Of a stretch of DNA of 64,000 nucleotides, positions 29,937 to 39,724 are shown piece after piece. Each line of letters begins with the position of its first letter. Position 1 is the stretch's first letter. The stretch comes from Deltaproteobacteria bacterium (GTDB taxonomy: Bacteria; Desulfobacterota; Binatia; UBA9968). The stretch is from contig VGTH01000022.1 of assembly GCA_016874755.1 (NCBI GenBank), positions 19,421 through 83,420 on the forward strand. The letters run 5' to 3'. The notes beneath the pieces were generated by a model, which was not told the origin of the DNA, made no database searches, and saw only the letters and a list, made by a program, of their open reading frames with translations. The position numbers were made by a program, and so were the translations under genes.

Positions 29937-29981
29937 CGGGCCCGCCTCCCAGACTTCGGGCTGGGGCGCGGGCTCTTTTTT
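29937..29981. terminator. Hairpin between convergent genes
   Basis: GGGCCCGC...GCGGGCTC followed by TTTTTT. Confidence 0.5.
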
Positions 29982-31209
29982 AGCTCTCGCCAATCGGTTG
30001 CGCCGCACGTAGCGCCGGTTGACGGCGAATGATGTAAGCCACCAACACAACGGTCAGCACACCGCAACCCGCCACCGTCCACGGCGCGCCAATCCAGCTC
30101 GCCAACAGGCCAAACGGGAAACTCCCCATCGGTCCCAGCCCACGGTTGATCAAACCGAACAGCGACATGACGCGGCCGCGATTTTTTTCGTCGGTGTGCA
30201 CTTGCAACAGCGTCGCCGTCGATGACAGAAATGTCGTCTGAAACGCGCCGGCGATAAACAAGAACACTAGCGATAGCGCAAACACCTGAGAAACTGCGAA
30301 CAGCAGAATCGCCACGCCAAAACCGGTGGCGAGAAAGATCAGCTGCCGGTGCGGTTTTGGAAAGCGCCGCACCGAAGCCAAAGTCAGCCCGCCGAGAATC
30401 GCCCCAGCTCCGGGCGCCATCAACAACATCCCCAGACCTGGAGCGCCGACGTTGAGAATATCGCGCGCAAAGACCGGCATGAACTGCGTGTAAGGTTTGG
30501 TGCAGAAGCTGACGACGCCGAGCCCCAACAGAAGCGCCAGAAAGATCGGCGTGTTCCATGCCAGCGATAGACCTTGCATCATATCCTGCAGCAGACTGGC
30601 GCGCCGCTCCACAGGCTTGGTCTTTGGGATGCGGATCATGAAGATCGTCACCAGCACGATCAGGTTGCCGATCGCCGCGGCGAAGAAACAGCCCTGGGTG
30701 TCGATGATCGGAATCAGCAAACCGCCGATCGACGGACCGAAGAGCATCGAGCCATTGAAGATCATCTGATAGAGCGCCACGGCGTTGGGCAGATCACTGC
30801 GCGGTACGACGTCGTGCAAGATCGATTGGCGCACCGGCTGCTCGAAGGAAACCGAGAAGCCCGTCAACGCCGAAACCAGCAAGATATGCCAGACCTGAAT
30901 GGTGCCCAAATAATTCATAATGCCGAGAAACAAGGCCATCAGGAAAAACGCGCTTTGCGTAATTACGAAAAGCTGTTTGCGATCGGCGCGGTCGACCACT
31001 GCACCGCCAAACGCCGAGAAAAGCACGCGCGGCAGGCCGAGGCACAAGCCGTCGAGGCCCAAGTAAAATGGCGAGTTGGTCAGTTGAAAAATCAGCCATG
31101 CCTGCGCCGTGGTCTGCACCAACGTGCCCGAATGGCCGAGAAACAGGCCGCACCAGAAAATAAAATAATCGCGATGGCGAAACGCCCGAAAAGTGTTCTT
31201 GAGAAACAT
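29980..31209 (-). CDS. MFS transporter (EntS/MFS_3-like)
   Basis: Multiple TM helices, GGAVVDRADRK loop motif, NRGRVMSL. Confidence 0.88.
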   Translation of the reverse strand: MFLKNTFRAFRHRDYFIFWCGLFLGHSGTLVQTTAQAWLIFQLTNSPFYLGLDGLCLGLPRVLFSAFGGAVVDRADRKQLFVITQSAFFLMALFLGIMNYLGTIQVWHILLVSALTGFSVSFEQPVRQSILHDVVPRSDLPNAVALYQMIFNGSMLFGPSIGGLLIPIIDTQGCFFAAAIGNLIVLVTIFMIRIPKTKPVERRASLLQDMMQGLSLAWNTPIFLALLLGLGVVSFCTKPYTQFMPVFARDILNVGAPGLGMLLMAPGAGAILGGLTLASVRRFPKPHRQLIFLATGFGVAILLFAVSQVFALSLVFLFIAGAFQTTFLSSTATLLQVHTDEKNRGRVMSLFGLINRGLGPMGSFPFGLLASWIGAPWTVAGCGVLTVVLVAYIIRRQPALRAAQPIGES

Positions 31210-31291
31210 GGTAGTTCAGGCCGACGACCCACGGCGTGAGTCGCTGCGGGGGAAACCAAACGCGGCGGCGAGAGGGGTAAAGAAAACCCGG

Positions 31292-31630
31292 TCAGTTTTT
31301 CTTTTGCTCGGCCAATTGCCGTTTCCAACCCAGGGTGCGCGCTTGCGCGGCGACCTGCTCGGCTTCGACGATCATGCCTTTTTGTTGGTAGAAAATCGAC
31401 AGGCTGGTGTAGGCCAACTCATCGTCGGGCGCAACTTCGATAAGTTTTTTCCCGACCGCGATGGCGTCATCGAACTTTTCTTGATGCGCGTAGGTCATCG
31501 CCAGCGCGTGCAGCGCGTCGGCGTAGGCGGGGTCTTCATCGAGCGCCTGCCGGTAGCAGCGAATCGCTTCGCCAAGATTTTCCTGGGCGAAAAACTCCAT
31601 TCCCTGGTTGTACAGGTCTTCTTTATTCAC
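31292..31630 (-). CDS. Small TPR protein
   Basis: EAIRCYRQAL-x2-DP-x-YADA TPR pattern. Confidence 0.75.
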   Translation of the reverse strand: MNKEDLYNQGMEFFAQENLGEAIRCYRQALDEDPAYADALHALAMTYAHQEKFDDAIAVGKKLIEVAPDDELAYTSLSIFYQQKGMIVEAEQVAAQARTLGWKRQLAEQKKN

Positions 31631-31639
31631 GGTAAATTG

Positions 31640-32779
31640 TTAGGCGACTTTGTTAGCGGCGAGCGGCACTTTGGCCGATTGCAAGGATTCGGCGACTTCG
31701 GGGCGGCATTGCTTGAGCAAAACCTTTTTCAGCATGGTTGGATTGACCGGCTTTTTAAAGATCACGCCTTGCAGACCCTCCAAGCAGCTGCGCTTGATGA
31801 TGTGATCTTTGTCGTAGTTGAAAGCGGTCATCAGCACGACCGGTAATTCGGGCGTGGTTTGTTTGACGGTCTGGTAGAGTTGATAGCCGTCCATGTCGGG
31901 CATGACGACGTCGCTCAACACGAGATCGAACTTTTGTTTGCCGAGCCAATCCATGGCGTAGACGCCCGAGGCAGCGGTCTCGATGCAGCAGCGTTCGGCT
32001 TCGAGCAGCTCGCGCAACGAGCTGCAAATGCCGGCGTCGTCGTCGACGACCAGAATGCGCAAGCCGCCTAACGGGAAGCGCGCGTCCGGCTTTGGCCGCT
32101 CGCATGGCTTTTCGTCACCGTCGACATGCAGATCGGTCATCAACTTGCCGCCGATATACTCTTTGGTCCCGTATTCCCCTTCTTCGGCCATGCTGCCGAT
32201 GCGCGTAGTAATGTCCTGAATTTTTTTCACTTGCGAAGCGATCGACTCGACGCGATCCGACTCGACGATATAATCCTCATCGGTCGCCACCCGCTCGACG
32301 TATTTCTTGACCATCTCGGTCTGGTTGACCAAGACCTCGAGCGAGTTGTTGATCTCATGCGACAGACCGATGGCGATCTCACCGAGCGTTACTAAACGAT
32401 CGCGCCGGCGAATTTCGCGAATATCCTTGGCAAAACCGATGGAGCCGACCTCTTTGCCTTTATCGTCATAGATGATCGACGCCGAGATCGTCACCGGAAT
32501 CTTCTCGCCCTTTTTGGTTTTAAACGCGGTCTCGAAGTTGCGCAGCCGCCCCTTGCCAGCTTCGTTGTCGGCGCGCATGGCCGACATCACCCGGCGCGCT
32601 TCATCGATGCTCGGGTAGATTTCCAAAACGTTCTTACCCAGCACCTCTTCATAGGCAAAACCGAGGTTTTGCCGCGCGCCGTCGTTGTAGAACGTGATCG
32701 TGCCCTGATTATCGACGGAGATGATTATGTCTGGGCAACTCTCGACGAGCTTTTGAAAGTATTGTACAGGTAAGGCCAT
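31640..32779 (-). CDS. PAS - HisKA - receiver protein lacking an HATPase domain
   Basis: PAS (FYNDGA...KDI), H-box SHEINNSL, receiver ILVVDDD...SDVVMPDMDG...MTA...KP. Confidence 0.8.
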   Translation of the reverse strand: MALPVQYFQKLVESCPDIIISVDNQGTITFYNDGARQNLGFAYEEVLGKNVLEIYPSIDEARRVMSAMRADNEAGKGRLRNFETAFKTKKGEKIPVTISASIIYDDKGKEVGSIGFAKDIREIRRRDRLVTLGEIAIGLSHEINNSLEVLVNQTEMVKKYVERVATDEDYIVESDRVESIASQVKKIQDITTRIGSMAEEGEYGTKEYIGGKLMTDLHVDGDEKPCERPKPDARFPLGGLRILVVDDDAGICSSLRELLEAERCCIETAASGVYAMDWLGKQKFDLVLSDVVMPDMDGYQLYQTVKQTTPELPVVLMTAFNYDKDHIIKRSCLEGLQGVIFKKPVNPTMLKKVLLKQCRPEVAESLQSAKVPLAANKVA

Positions 32780-32906
32780 AGATCGTTGGCGTTCCGCGTA
32801 TCTTAATTCTAACCATTGAGGGAATGCAAGAGTCTTAGCTTAGACGTCTCTTATCTGCGATCCTTCGGATTGCATCGTCATTCCCAGATCACCCTATTTC
32901 ACGCAC

Positions 32907-34745
32907 ATGGCCGCAACCTCTGACACTCGACAGCTTAGCTGGACGCTCGCTTGGGCCGTGGTTTTCTGCGACATAGGCACTTCGGTCTACTACGTCCCGG
33001 GTATTTTGTACGGCAACGTCGGCGACAAGACTCCGTTTTTCATTCTTCTGACCACCCTCGGCTTCATTCCGCTAGCGCTCAAGTACATTGAGATTACCTG
33101 GCGCAACCCAGAGGGCGGCGGCGTCGTCACGATCACGACTAAGGCCTTTGGTCCCATGTGGGGTTGCCTGGGCGGCATGCTGATCACTACCAGTTACTTT
33201 CTCACGGCGGCGATCTCAGCGGTTTCCGGGTTCCACTATATCGCCTCGGTGGTGCATGCGCTCGATAACTATATCGTCATATTGGCTTGCACCGGCCTGG
33301 TCGCACTGGCGATCTTGAACGTCATCGGCATTCGCGAAAGCGCCATGGCCGCGCTGATCATGGCGGTGGCGGCGTTTGGCGTCGATATTCTGGTCATTTT
33401 GTTTTCGGTCAAAGATTTCTCCGCAAGCCAGTGGACCCAGATGCTGCAGAGCCTCCAGCCTGGTCGTGAAATGCCGTTCCATAGTTTGCTCGTCGGCTTC
33501 GCCGCAGCGTGGCTGGCTTTCTCCGGCCTGGAAAGCATCAGCCAGCTGAGCCCAGCCATGCGCCTGCCGCTGCGCAAAACAACCCGCTGGGCGATGTACG
33601 GCGTCATGGCGAGCATGCTGATCACGGCGCCCATGTTAAGCCTGCTATCGATCAATCTGCTCGCGCCGGAGTTCAAGGCAACCCAGAGCGAGCGATTCAT
33701 TTCGCAAATCGCTTCGGTATCCGGCGGCTTTGGCTTGCAGCTGGCCGTGGTCGTCAGCGCTTCCAGCCTGCTGCTGTTTGCCGCCAACACCGCGATCATC
33801 GGCGCCTACCATGTCTTTCTCGCGCTCGCCAACACCGACTTTCTGCCGCGCGTCATCGCGCTGCGCAGCATTCGCTTTAACAGCCCGCACATCGCCATCA
33901 TCGTCGCCACCGTGGTGCCGATCGCGGTCATCGTCGCCACCAGCGGCGAGCTCGGCATCTTGGGCGAGATGTACGCGTTTGGATTGCTCGGTGCGTTTGT
34001 TTTTTCCTCGCTCAGCCTGGACATCATCCGCTGGCGCCTCGGCCGCCGCGACGTCGGCTTTTGGATCGGCGCACTGACCACGGTCATGCTTGCGGTGGCG
34101 TGGTGCGTCAATTTGGTCGAGAAAGAGCTGGCCACCCTCTTCGGCGGCGCGCTCACAATCCTGGGCATGCTCATCGCGGTGGGTGTGCGGCGTGCCTGGT
34201 TTGTCGATTTGCTCTCGCGGGTTCCCGCCATCCAGCGGCTGCAGGCACGCGCCTATCTCGCTTCGGAAGCGTTGGTGGATGACGAGCTCAAGGGCTTGGT
34301 CACACTGGCCGATGCCGCCGAGCTGAAAGCGCTTTATCCCGGCTCCACGCTCGTGGCGCTGCGCGGCGAGACCCCGGCGCTGCTCCAACAGGCGATCCAC
34401 ATCGCCAAGGGCAAAGGCGAAACCGCGCTGTATTGCATCTACGTCGAGGAGTGGCCCGGTTTGCTTAACGGCAACACGCCGCACCGTCCCAATGAGGAAG
34501 GCATTCGCACGCTGCGTTTCGCAGTCCAGCATCTGCGCGGCAAGAACGTCGAAGTGATACCCATCTGGATGGTGTCGCACAACGCCGCCGACGCCATTGC
34601 TTCGGCCGCCAAAGCACTCGACGTCGAGAGTGTTTTGATCGGCCAGTCGCGCCGCTCGGCGTTTTATCACATGCTGCGCGGCCATGTCGTCAAAGGGCTC
34701 ACCAGGAAACTGCCGCGCGATTGCCACCTGATGATCTTCAACTGA
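32907..34745 (+). CDS. APC-superfamily (KUP/KimA-like) transporter with C-terminal USP-like domain, copy 1
   Basis: DIGTSVYY, PEGGG, FSGLESISQ, YAFGLLGAF; soluble C-terminal domain. Confidence 0.8.
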   Translation: MAATSDTRQLSWTLAWAVVFCDIGTSVYYVPGILYGNVGDKTPFFILLTTLGFIPLALKYIEITWRNPEGGGVVTITTKAFGPMWGCLGGMLITTSYFLTAAISAVSGFHYIASVVHALDNYIVILACTGLVALAILNVIGIRESAMAALIMAVAAFGVDILVILFSVKDFSASQWTQMLQSLQPGREMPFHSLLVGFAAAWLAFSGLESISQLSPAMRLPLRKTTRWAMYGVMASMLITAPMLSLLSINLLAPEFKATQSERFISQIASVSGGFGLQLAVVVSASSLLLFAANTAIIGAYHVFLALANTDFLPRVIALRSIRFNSPHIAIIVATVVPIAVIVATSGELGILGEMYAFGLLGAFVFSSLSLDIIRWRLGRRDVGFWIGALTTVMLAVAWCVNLVEKELATLFGGALTILGMLIAVGVRRAWFVDLLSRVPAIQRLQARAYLASEALVDDELKGLVTLADAAELKALYPGSTLVALRGETPALLQQAIHIAKGKGETALYCIYVEEWPGLLNGNTPHRPNEEGIRTLRFAVQHLRGKNVEVIPIWMVSHNAADAIASAAKALDVESVLIGQSRRSAFYHMLRGHVVKGLTRKLPRDCHLMIFN

Positions 34746-34775
34746 ACGCTGCCAGCCCCTACGCCTTTAGTGCGA

Positions 34776-34804
34776 TTGAATCTCAATGCCGGCGATTCTA
34801 TATT
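34776..34804 (+). promoter_or_regulatory. Sigma70-type promoter of the second transporter
   Basis: TTGAAT-N17-TATATT. Confidence 0.5.
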
Positions 34805-34827
34805 GCCAGTCCACGCGTGCACACGTC

Positions 34828-36666
34828 ATGCAGCCGACTCACGACACTCGCCAGCTCAATTGGTTTTTGGCTTGGGCCGTTGTCTTTTGCGACATTGGCA
34901 CTTCGGTCTACTACGTTCCCGGCATCATGTATGGCCATGTCAAAGATGCCACGCCGTTCTTTGTGCTGCTGACAACCGCCGGCTTCATTCTACTCTCGTT
35001 CAAATACATCGAAATCTCCTGGCGCAACCCCGAGGGCGGTGGCGTCGTGACGATCACCTCGAAAGCCTTCGGCCCCATGTGGGGTTGCCTGGGCGGCATG
35101 CTGATAACCGTCGATTATTTTCTTACGACCGCGATCTCGGCGGTCTCGGGCTTTCAATATCTCGGCAGCGCCTTCCCTGCCCTCGATTCACATATCGTCC
35201 TTTTGTCCTGCGCCGGCGTCGGCGTGCTCGCGGCATTGAATATCGTCGGCATCCGCGAGAGCGCCGCGGTCTCGCTGGTGATGGCCTGCGCGTCTTTTCT
35301 CGTTAATCTCGTCGTCATGGGCGCGGCGTTTGCCTATATGGATGGCGCCCAATGGCAGACAGGTCTCAGCAAGCTCGGCACCGCCAAGGGGATATCTTCC
35401 TACGAACTGCTGGTCGGCTTTGCATCGGCCTGGCTGGCGTTCTCAGGCCTCGAAAGCATCAGCCAGTTGAGCCCGACCATGCGCCTGCCGCTGCGCAAAA
35501 CTACTCGTTGGGCGATGGGCGCCGTGATGTTTACCATGGTGGTCACTTCGCCGATGTTGACCGCGCTTTCGATCGGCCTTTTGCCGGAACATTTCAAAGC
35601 CACCGAAAGCGAGCGCTTCATCTCCGAACTCGGCTCCATCGTCGGCGGGTTGGGCGTGAAATTGGCGGTGGTGTTGACCGCTACTAGCTTGCTGCTGTTT
35701 GCCGCCAACACGGCGATCATCGGCGCCTATCACGTGTTTCTCGCCTTGGTCAAAGGCGACTTCATGCCGCGCATCTTGGCGGTGCGCAACACCACATTTA
35801 ATTCTCCACACATCGCCGTGGGAATAGCTACGATTGTCCCGGTGCTGATCATCCTCATGAGCGGCGGCCAGATGAAAATTTTGGGCGACATGTACGCCTT
35901 CGGTTTGCTTGGCGCGTTTGTCTTTTCTTCGCTCAGCCTCGACAAGATTCGTTGGAACCTGGGCCGGCGCGATATCGGGTTTTGGCTGGGATTTTTAACC
36001 ACAGTAATGGTGATCGTGGCATGGGGCGTAAACCTGATCGAAAAACAGCTCGCCACTTGGTTCGGCGGCGGCGTCACACTGCTCGGCCTATTGATCGCCA
36101 TGGGCGTGCGGCGCGCCTGGTTCGTCGATCTACTCGTCCAGATTCCGTTTATTCAGAAGCTACAAGCGCGCGCCTATCGCGCCTCGGAAGACTTGGTCGA
36201 AGATGAGCTCAAAGGTCTGATGACGCTCACCGAAGCGGTGGAAGTAAAGCCGCTCTACTCGTCGACCACGTTGCTGGCGGTGCGCGACGATAGCCCGAGC
36301 CTGGTCCAAGAAGCGGTCACGCGCGTCAAGGGCAAAGGCGAAGCGGCGCTTTATTGCATTTACGTCGAGGAATGGCCGGGCTTGTTTGCCGGCGAGACGC
36401 CCCATGTCCCTAACGAGCAAGGCGTGCAGACGCTCAAGGCCGTGCTGCAAAACGCGCGCGCCAAGGGCGTCGAGATCGTGCCGATCTGGGCAGTGTCGCA
36501 CAACGCCGCCGAAGCGATCGCCAACGCCGCCAAAGCGCTCGACGTCGACTCGGTGATCATCGGCCAGTCGCGCCGCTCGGCGTTTTATCACATGCTGCGC
36601 GGCCACGTGATCAAGGGATTGATGAAAAGACTGCCGCGGGATGTTCACTTGATGATCTGCAATTGA
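34828..36666 (+). CDS. APC-superfamily (KUP/KimA-like) transporter with USP-like domain, copy 2
   Basis: Colinear paralog of 32907-34745; start chosen by alignment (MQPTHDTRQL vs MAATSDTRQL). Confidence 0.8.
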   Translation: MQPTHDTRQLNWFLAWAVVFCDIGTSVYYVPGIMYGHVKDATPFFVLLTTAGFILLSFKYIEISWRNPEGGGVVTITSKAFGPMWGCLGGMLITVDYFLTTAISAVSGFQYLGSAFPALDSHIVLLSCAGVGVLAALNIVGIRESAAVSLVMACASFLVNLVVMGAAFAYMDGAQWQTGLSKLGTAKGISSYELLVGFASAWLAFSGLESISQLSPTMRLPLRKTTRWAMGAVMFTMVVTSPMLTALSIGLLPEHFKATESERFISELGSIVGGLGVKLAVVLTATSLLLFAANTAIIGAYHVFLALVKGDFMPRILAVRNTTFNSPHIAVGIATIVPVLIILMSGGQMKILGDMYAFGLLGAFVFSSLSLDKIRWNLGRRDIGFWLGFLTTVMVIVAWGVNLIEKQLATWFGGGVTLLGLLIAMGVRRAWFVDLLVQIPFIQKLQARAYRASEDLVEDELKGLMTLTEAVEVKPLYSSTTLLAVRDDSPSLVQEAVTRVKGKGEAALYCIYVEEWPGLFAGETPHVPNEQGVQTLKAVLQNARAKGVEIVPIWAVSHNAAEAIANAAKALDVDSVIIGQSRRSAFYHMLRGHVIKGLMKRLPRDVHLMICN

Positions 36667-36694
36667 AGTTGGCTGTGTTGCAACGCAGCTAACT

Positions 36695-36719
36695 TCATCC
36701 TGAACGAAGCGAAGGATCT
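36695..36719. repeat. GTCATCCTGAGC-type short repeat
   Basis: TCATCCTGAACGAAGCGAAGGATCT; related to 62708-62786 and 19615-19636. Confidence 0.5.
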
Positions 36720-36732
36720 AAACCGCCCCCTC

Positions 36733-37884
36733 CTACAACCCCAACCATCGGGCAATAATATTGCGCTGTATCTCCGAGGTGCCCGAGTAGAGCGTGCTGC
36801 CGATGGCGTCGCGCAGCGCCCGTTCCATTTCGTATTCCACCATGTAGCCATTGCCGCCGTGAATCTGCACGGTGCCTAAAGCGGTTTGCACGAGGGATTC
36901 GCTGACAAACAGCTTGGCCATCGCCGCGTCGAGGGAAACCGTTTTGGTTTTATCCAAGAGCGAAGCGGCTTTGTAGACCAACAGGCGCGCCGCTTCGAGC
37001 TGCACTTTCATATCGGCGATGCGATGGGAAATCGCCTGATACTTGGCGATGGTCTGACCGAACTGTTTGCGTGACTTCGCGAAGGAGATGCTCTGCTCCA
37101 TCAGCCGCTGCGTCGTGCCGACGTGGCTGGCAAATAGACAAACCCTCTCCCAATCCATCGCGTGGGTAAAAATCGCCGTGCCGGCGCCGAGTCCGCCGAG
37201 GATCGCCTCCGGCCCGACCCTGACGTCGTCAAACACCAGCGCGCCCAGCGGCGCCGTGCGCAGGCCCATTTTCTCGAACGTCTGGGTGCACTGGAAACCG
37301 GGCGCGCCCTTTTCGACCAGAAAAGCGCTGATGCCGCCGTAGTAGCCCTTTCCCGGATTGGTGACGGCAAAGACGATGACAATGTCGGCGACCGGCGCGT
37401 TGGAGATAAAAGTCTTGGTGCCTTTGATGCGGTAGCCGCCGTTGCCGTCGGGCTCGGCTTTGGTTCGCATGGCAAATGCGTCCGAGCCGGACTCCGCTTC
37501 GGTCATGGCGTGGACACCAATCAACTTGCCATTGCAAAGATCGGCGAGATAGCGTTTTTTCTGTTCGGCGTTGCCGAACTGCCAGATCGGAATAACGCAG
37601 GAGAGCAGATGCGCGCAGATGGAAAAGACCAGGCCGCTGTCGCGGCAGCCATGGCCCAGCGCTTCGAGCGCGATCGCCGTCGTCAGTGGATCCAAGCCGC
37701 TGCCGCCGTCCTCCTCGGGCACCGGCAAACCTTGCAAGCGCATTTCTCCGGCTTTGAGCCAAAGCTCGCGCGCAAACACATGATCGCGATCGCGCTCGAG
37801 ATTGTCGCGGTTAAGCTCTTTGGCAGCGAACCTGTCGATGGTCTCGCTTAAGATTTGCTGTTCTTCTGAAAGGGAGAAATCCAT
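36733..37884 (-). CDS. Acyl-CoA dehydrogenase family, probable L-prolyl-carrier-protein dehydrogenase (PltE/RedW-like)
   Basis: AMTEAESGSDA, KTFISNAP, KMGLRT, RKQFG, QIHGGNGY, LYSGTSEIQR; clustered with A domain and carrier protein. Confidence 0.8.
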   Translation of the reverse strand: MDFSLSEEQQILSETIDRFAAKELNRDNLERDRDHVFARELWLKAGEMRLQGLPVPEEDGGSGLDPLTTAIALEALGHGCRDSGLVFSICAHLLSCVIPIWQFGNAEQKKRYLADLCNGKLIGVHAMTEAESGSDAFAMRTKAEPDGNGGYRIKGTKTFISNAPVADIVIVFAVTNPGKGYYGGISAFLVEKGAPGFQCTQTFEKMGLRTAPLGALVFDDVRVGPEAILGGLGAGTAIFTHAMDWERVCLFASHVGTTQRLMEQSISFAKSRKQFGQTIAKYQAISHRIADMKVQLEAARLLVYKAASLLDKTKTVSLDAAMAKLFVSESLVQTALGTVQIHGGNGYMVEYEMERALRDAIGSTLYSGTSEIQRNIIARWLGL

Positions 37885-39443
37885 CCAGGGCGCTCCTTGA
37901 GCTTCTGGTAATCGATTTTATCAGTGGAAGTCTTCGGCAGCGCGGCCTCAAAGACGAACTCGTCCGGCGCCATGTAGGGCGGCAAGACGTCGACACAGAA
38001 TTTTTTTAGCTGAATGATCGACGGCCGTTTACCGTCGTGGCAGCTCAGAAACGCGCGGATGCGCACGCCGGCCTCTTGATCGGCCAGCGCCAGCACCGCC
38101 ACTTCCTTCAGCATCGGATGGCGATAAAGACCCGCTTCGATCTCGCCCAGCTCGACCCGGTAGCCGCGCCGTTTCACCATGCGGTCGCGCCGCCCGGCAA
38201 AAAGGTAATCGCCGTCGGGCTGCTCGACGACGATATCGCCGGTGCGATACCACGGCCCATCGGCGCGATCGAGAAAAGCGCGCGCGGTGTTTTCGGCAAG
38301 ATTCCAATAACCTGCGGTAACCGCCGGCCCGGCGATGCACAGCTCGCCGCGCTCACCGGCTTTGACGACCGCACCGACTTCGTCCACCGCGACGGCGCGC
38401 AAGTGCTCGCAGGTTTTGCCGATGGGAAACGGCTCGGTCCGCTCTGGCGGTATTTGCGACGGCACTTCGTAGTAGGTGCAAACATTGGTTTCCGTCGGCC
38501 CGTAAAGATTGAAATAGCGCGGCCTGGGCCAGCGCTCGCACAACGCGCGCAGGTGCTTGACCGGAAACACTTCGCCGGCAAACAACACCAGGCGCAGTGC
38601 GCTGTAGTCATGGTTTTCCAGGCGGCCGTACTGCACGAGAAAGCTCAAAATCGACGGTGCCGAGTACCAAATCGAAATGCGTTCGGCGGCGATCAGCGGC
38701 GCAAGCTTTTCCGGCTCCTTGCCGATGTCCTCAGGGATCAACACCAGCGTGGCGCCGCTCGACAAGCTGAGAAAGATATCAAGAATCGATAGGTCGAAAT
38801 GAAACGGCGCGTGGGACGAAAAGCGATCCGCCGCCCTCGGATCAAACGCATCGGCGCACCAATCGACGAAACTCATGGCGTTGCGGTGCGAGATCATCAC
38901 CCCTTTGGGTTTGCCGGTGGAGCCCGACGTGTAAAGGATATAGGCGAGTTCGTCTAGCTGCGGCACAGCAACAGCGCGCACCTTGTTCAGAGCTTCGGCC
39001 GCGATGCCTGCCACAACGTTGTTCAGCCCTTGCCCGGCGCCGACGTCATCGACGGCGATAAACTCCGGCTGGCCGCCCAGGGCCGCGATTTCCTTCGCCA
39101 GGCCGTCGGCAAGTTGCCTTTCGCAAACCACGACTTTGACGCCGCAATCGTTGAGGATATAGCCGCCGCGCGCGAGCGGCGCGTTGAGGTCGACGGGCAC
39201 GTAAGCCGCGCCCGCTTTCAAAATGGCCAAAAGCGTCGCCAGCGAGTCGATGGACTTATGCAGAATGAAGCCGACACGGTCGCCGGGCGCGACACCCAAC
39301 TGCAACAAGCGAGCGGCGAGCGCAGTGCTCAGTCGATCGAGCGCCCCATAGCTCATCGAGCCGCGTCCCGGCGCGACCACCGCGAGCGCTGCCGGGTGCG
39401 CCCGAGCACTCTCGGCAAAATATTCGTGCAACGACCTTTTCAC
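37848..39443 (-). CDS. Stand-alone amino acid adenylation enzyme, probable L-proline:carrier ligase (PltF/RedM/CloN4-like)
   Basis: YTSGSTGKPKG, FDLSILD, FAGE, NLYGPTETNVC, YRTGD, LPKTSTDKID; pocket residues read by eye as DLLYLALVCK. Confidence 0.85.
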   Translation of the reverse strand: MKRSLHEYFAESARAHPAALAVVAPGRGSMSYGALDRLSTALAARLLQLGVAPGDRVGFILHKSIDSLATLLAILKAGAAYVPVDLNAPLARGGYILNDCGVKVVVCERQLADGLAKEIAALGGQPEFIAVDDVGAGQGLNNVVAGIAAEALNKVRAVAVPQLDELAYILYTSGSTGKPKGVMISHRNAMSFVDWCADAFDPRAADRFSSHAPFHFDLSILDIFLSLSSGATLVLIPEDIGKEPEKLAPLIAAERISIWYSAPSILSFLVQYGRLENHDYSALRLVLFAGEVFPVKHLRALCERWPRPRYFNLYGPTETNVCTYYEVPSQIPPERTEPFPIGKTCEHLRAVAVDEVGAVVKAGERGELCIAGPAVTAGYWNLAENTARAFLDRADGPWYRTGDIVVEQPDGDYLFAGRRDRMVKRRGYRVELGEIEAGLYRHPMLKEVAVLALADQEAGVRIRAFLSCHDGKRPSIIQLKKFCVDVLPPYMAPDEFVFEAALPKTSTDKIDYQKLKERPGWISPFQKNSKS

Positions 39444-39454
39444 GACGCTCCACC

Positions 39455-39712
39455 TCAGCCCAATTTGCTTTCCACCAGTTTGCCGATGCGTGCGATCGAG
39501 TCGAGATGCTCGATGTCGACCTCGTGGGCTTGAAGCTTGATTTTGTAGCGGTCCTCGACGAAGGCAACCAATTTCAACGTCGCCAGAGAGTCCAAAATAC
39601 CGCCGCTGATCAGCGGCGTCGCCTCGGTCAACTCTTCGGGATCTTCGCCGGGCAAAAATTCTTTAAGAATGTAATCTTTTAGTCCTTTGACAATTGCTTG
39701 GGTTTCCGCCAC
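39455..39712 (-). CDS. Acyl/peptidyl carrier protein
   Basis: 85 aa, acidic, GILDSL phosphopantetheinylation motif. Confidence 0.9.
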   Translation of the reverse strand: MAETQAIVKGLKDYILKEFLPGEDPEELTEATPLISGGILDSLATLKLVAFVEDRYKIKLQAHEVDIEHLDSIARIGKLVESKLG

Positions 39713-39724
39713 TGGGGGCTCCTT

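Noticed and set aside
36733..39712. Pyoluteorin/prodigiosin-type antibiotic cluster
   Set aside because: No halogenase, PKS or condensing enzyme nearby; the only linked acceptor is the MBOAT fusion
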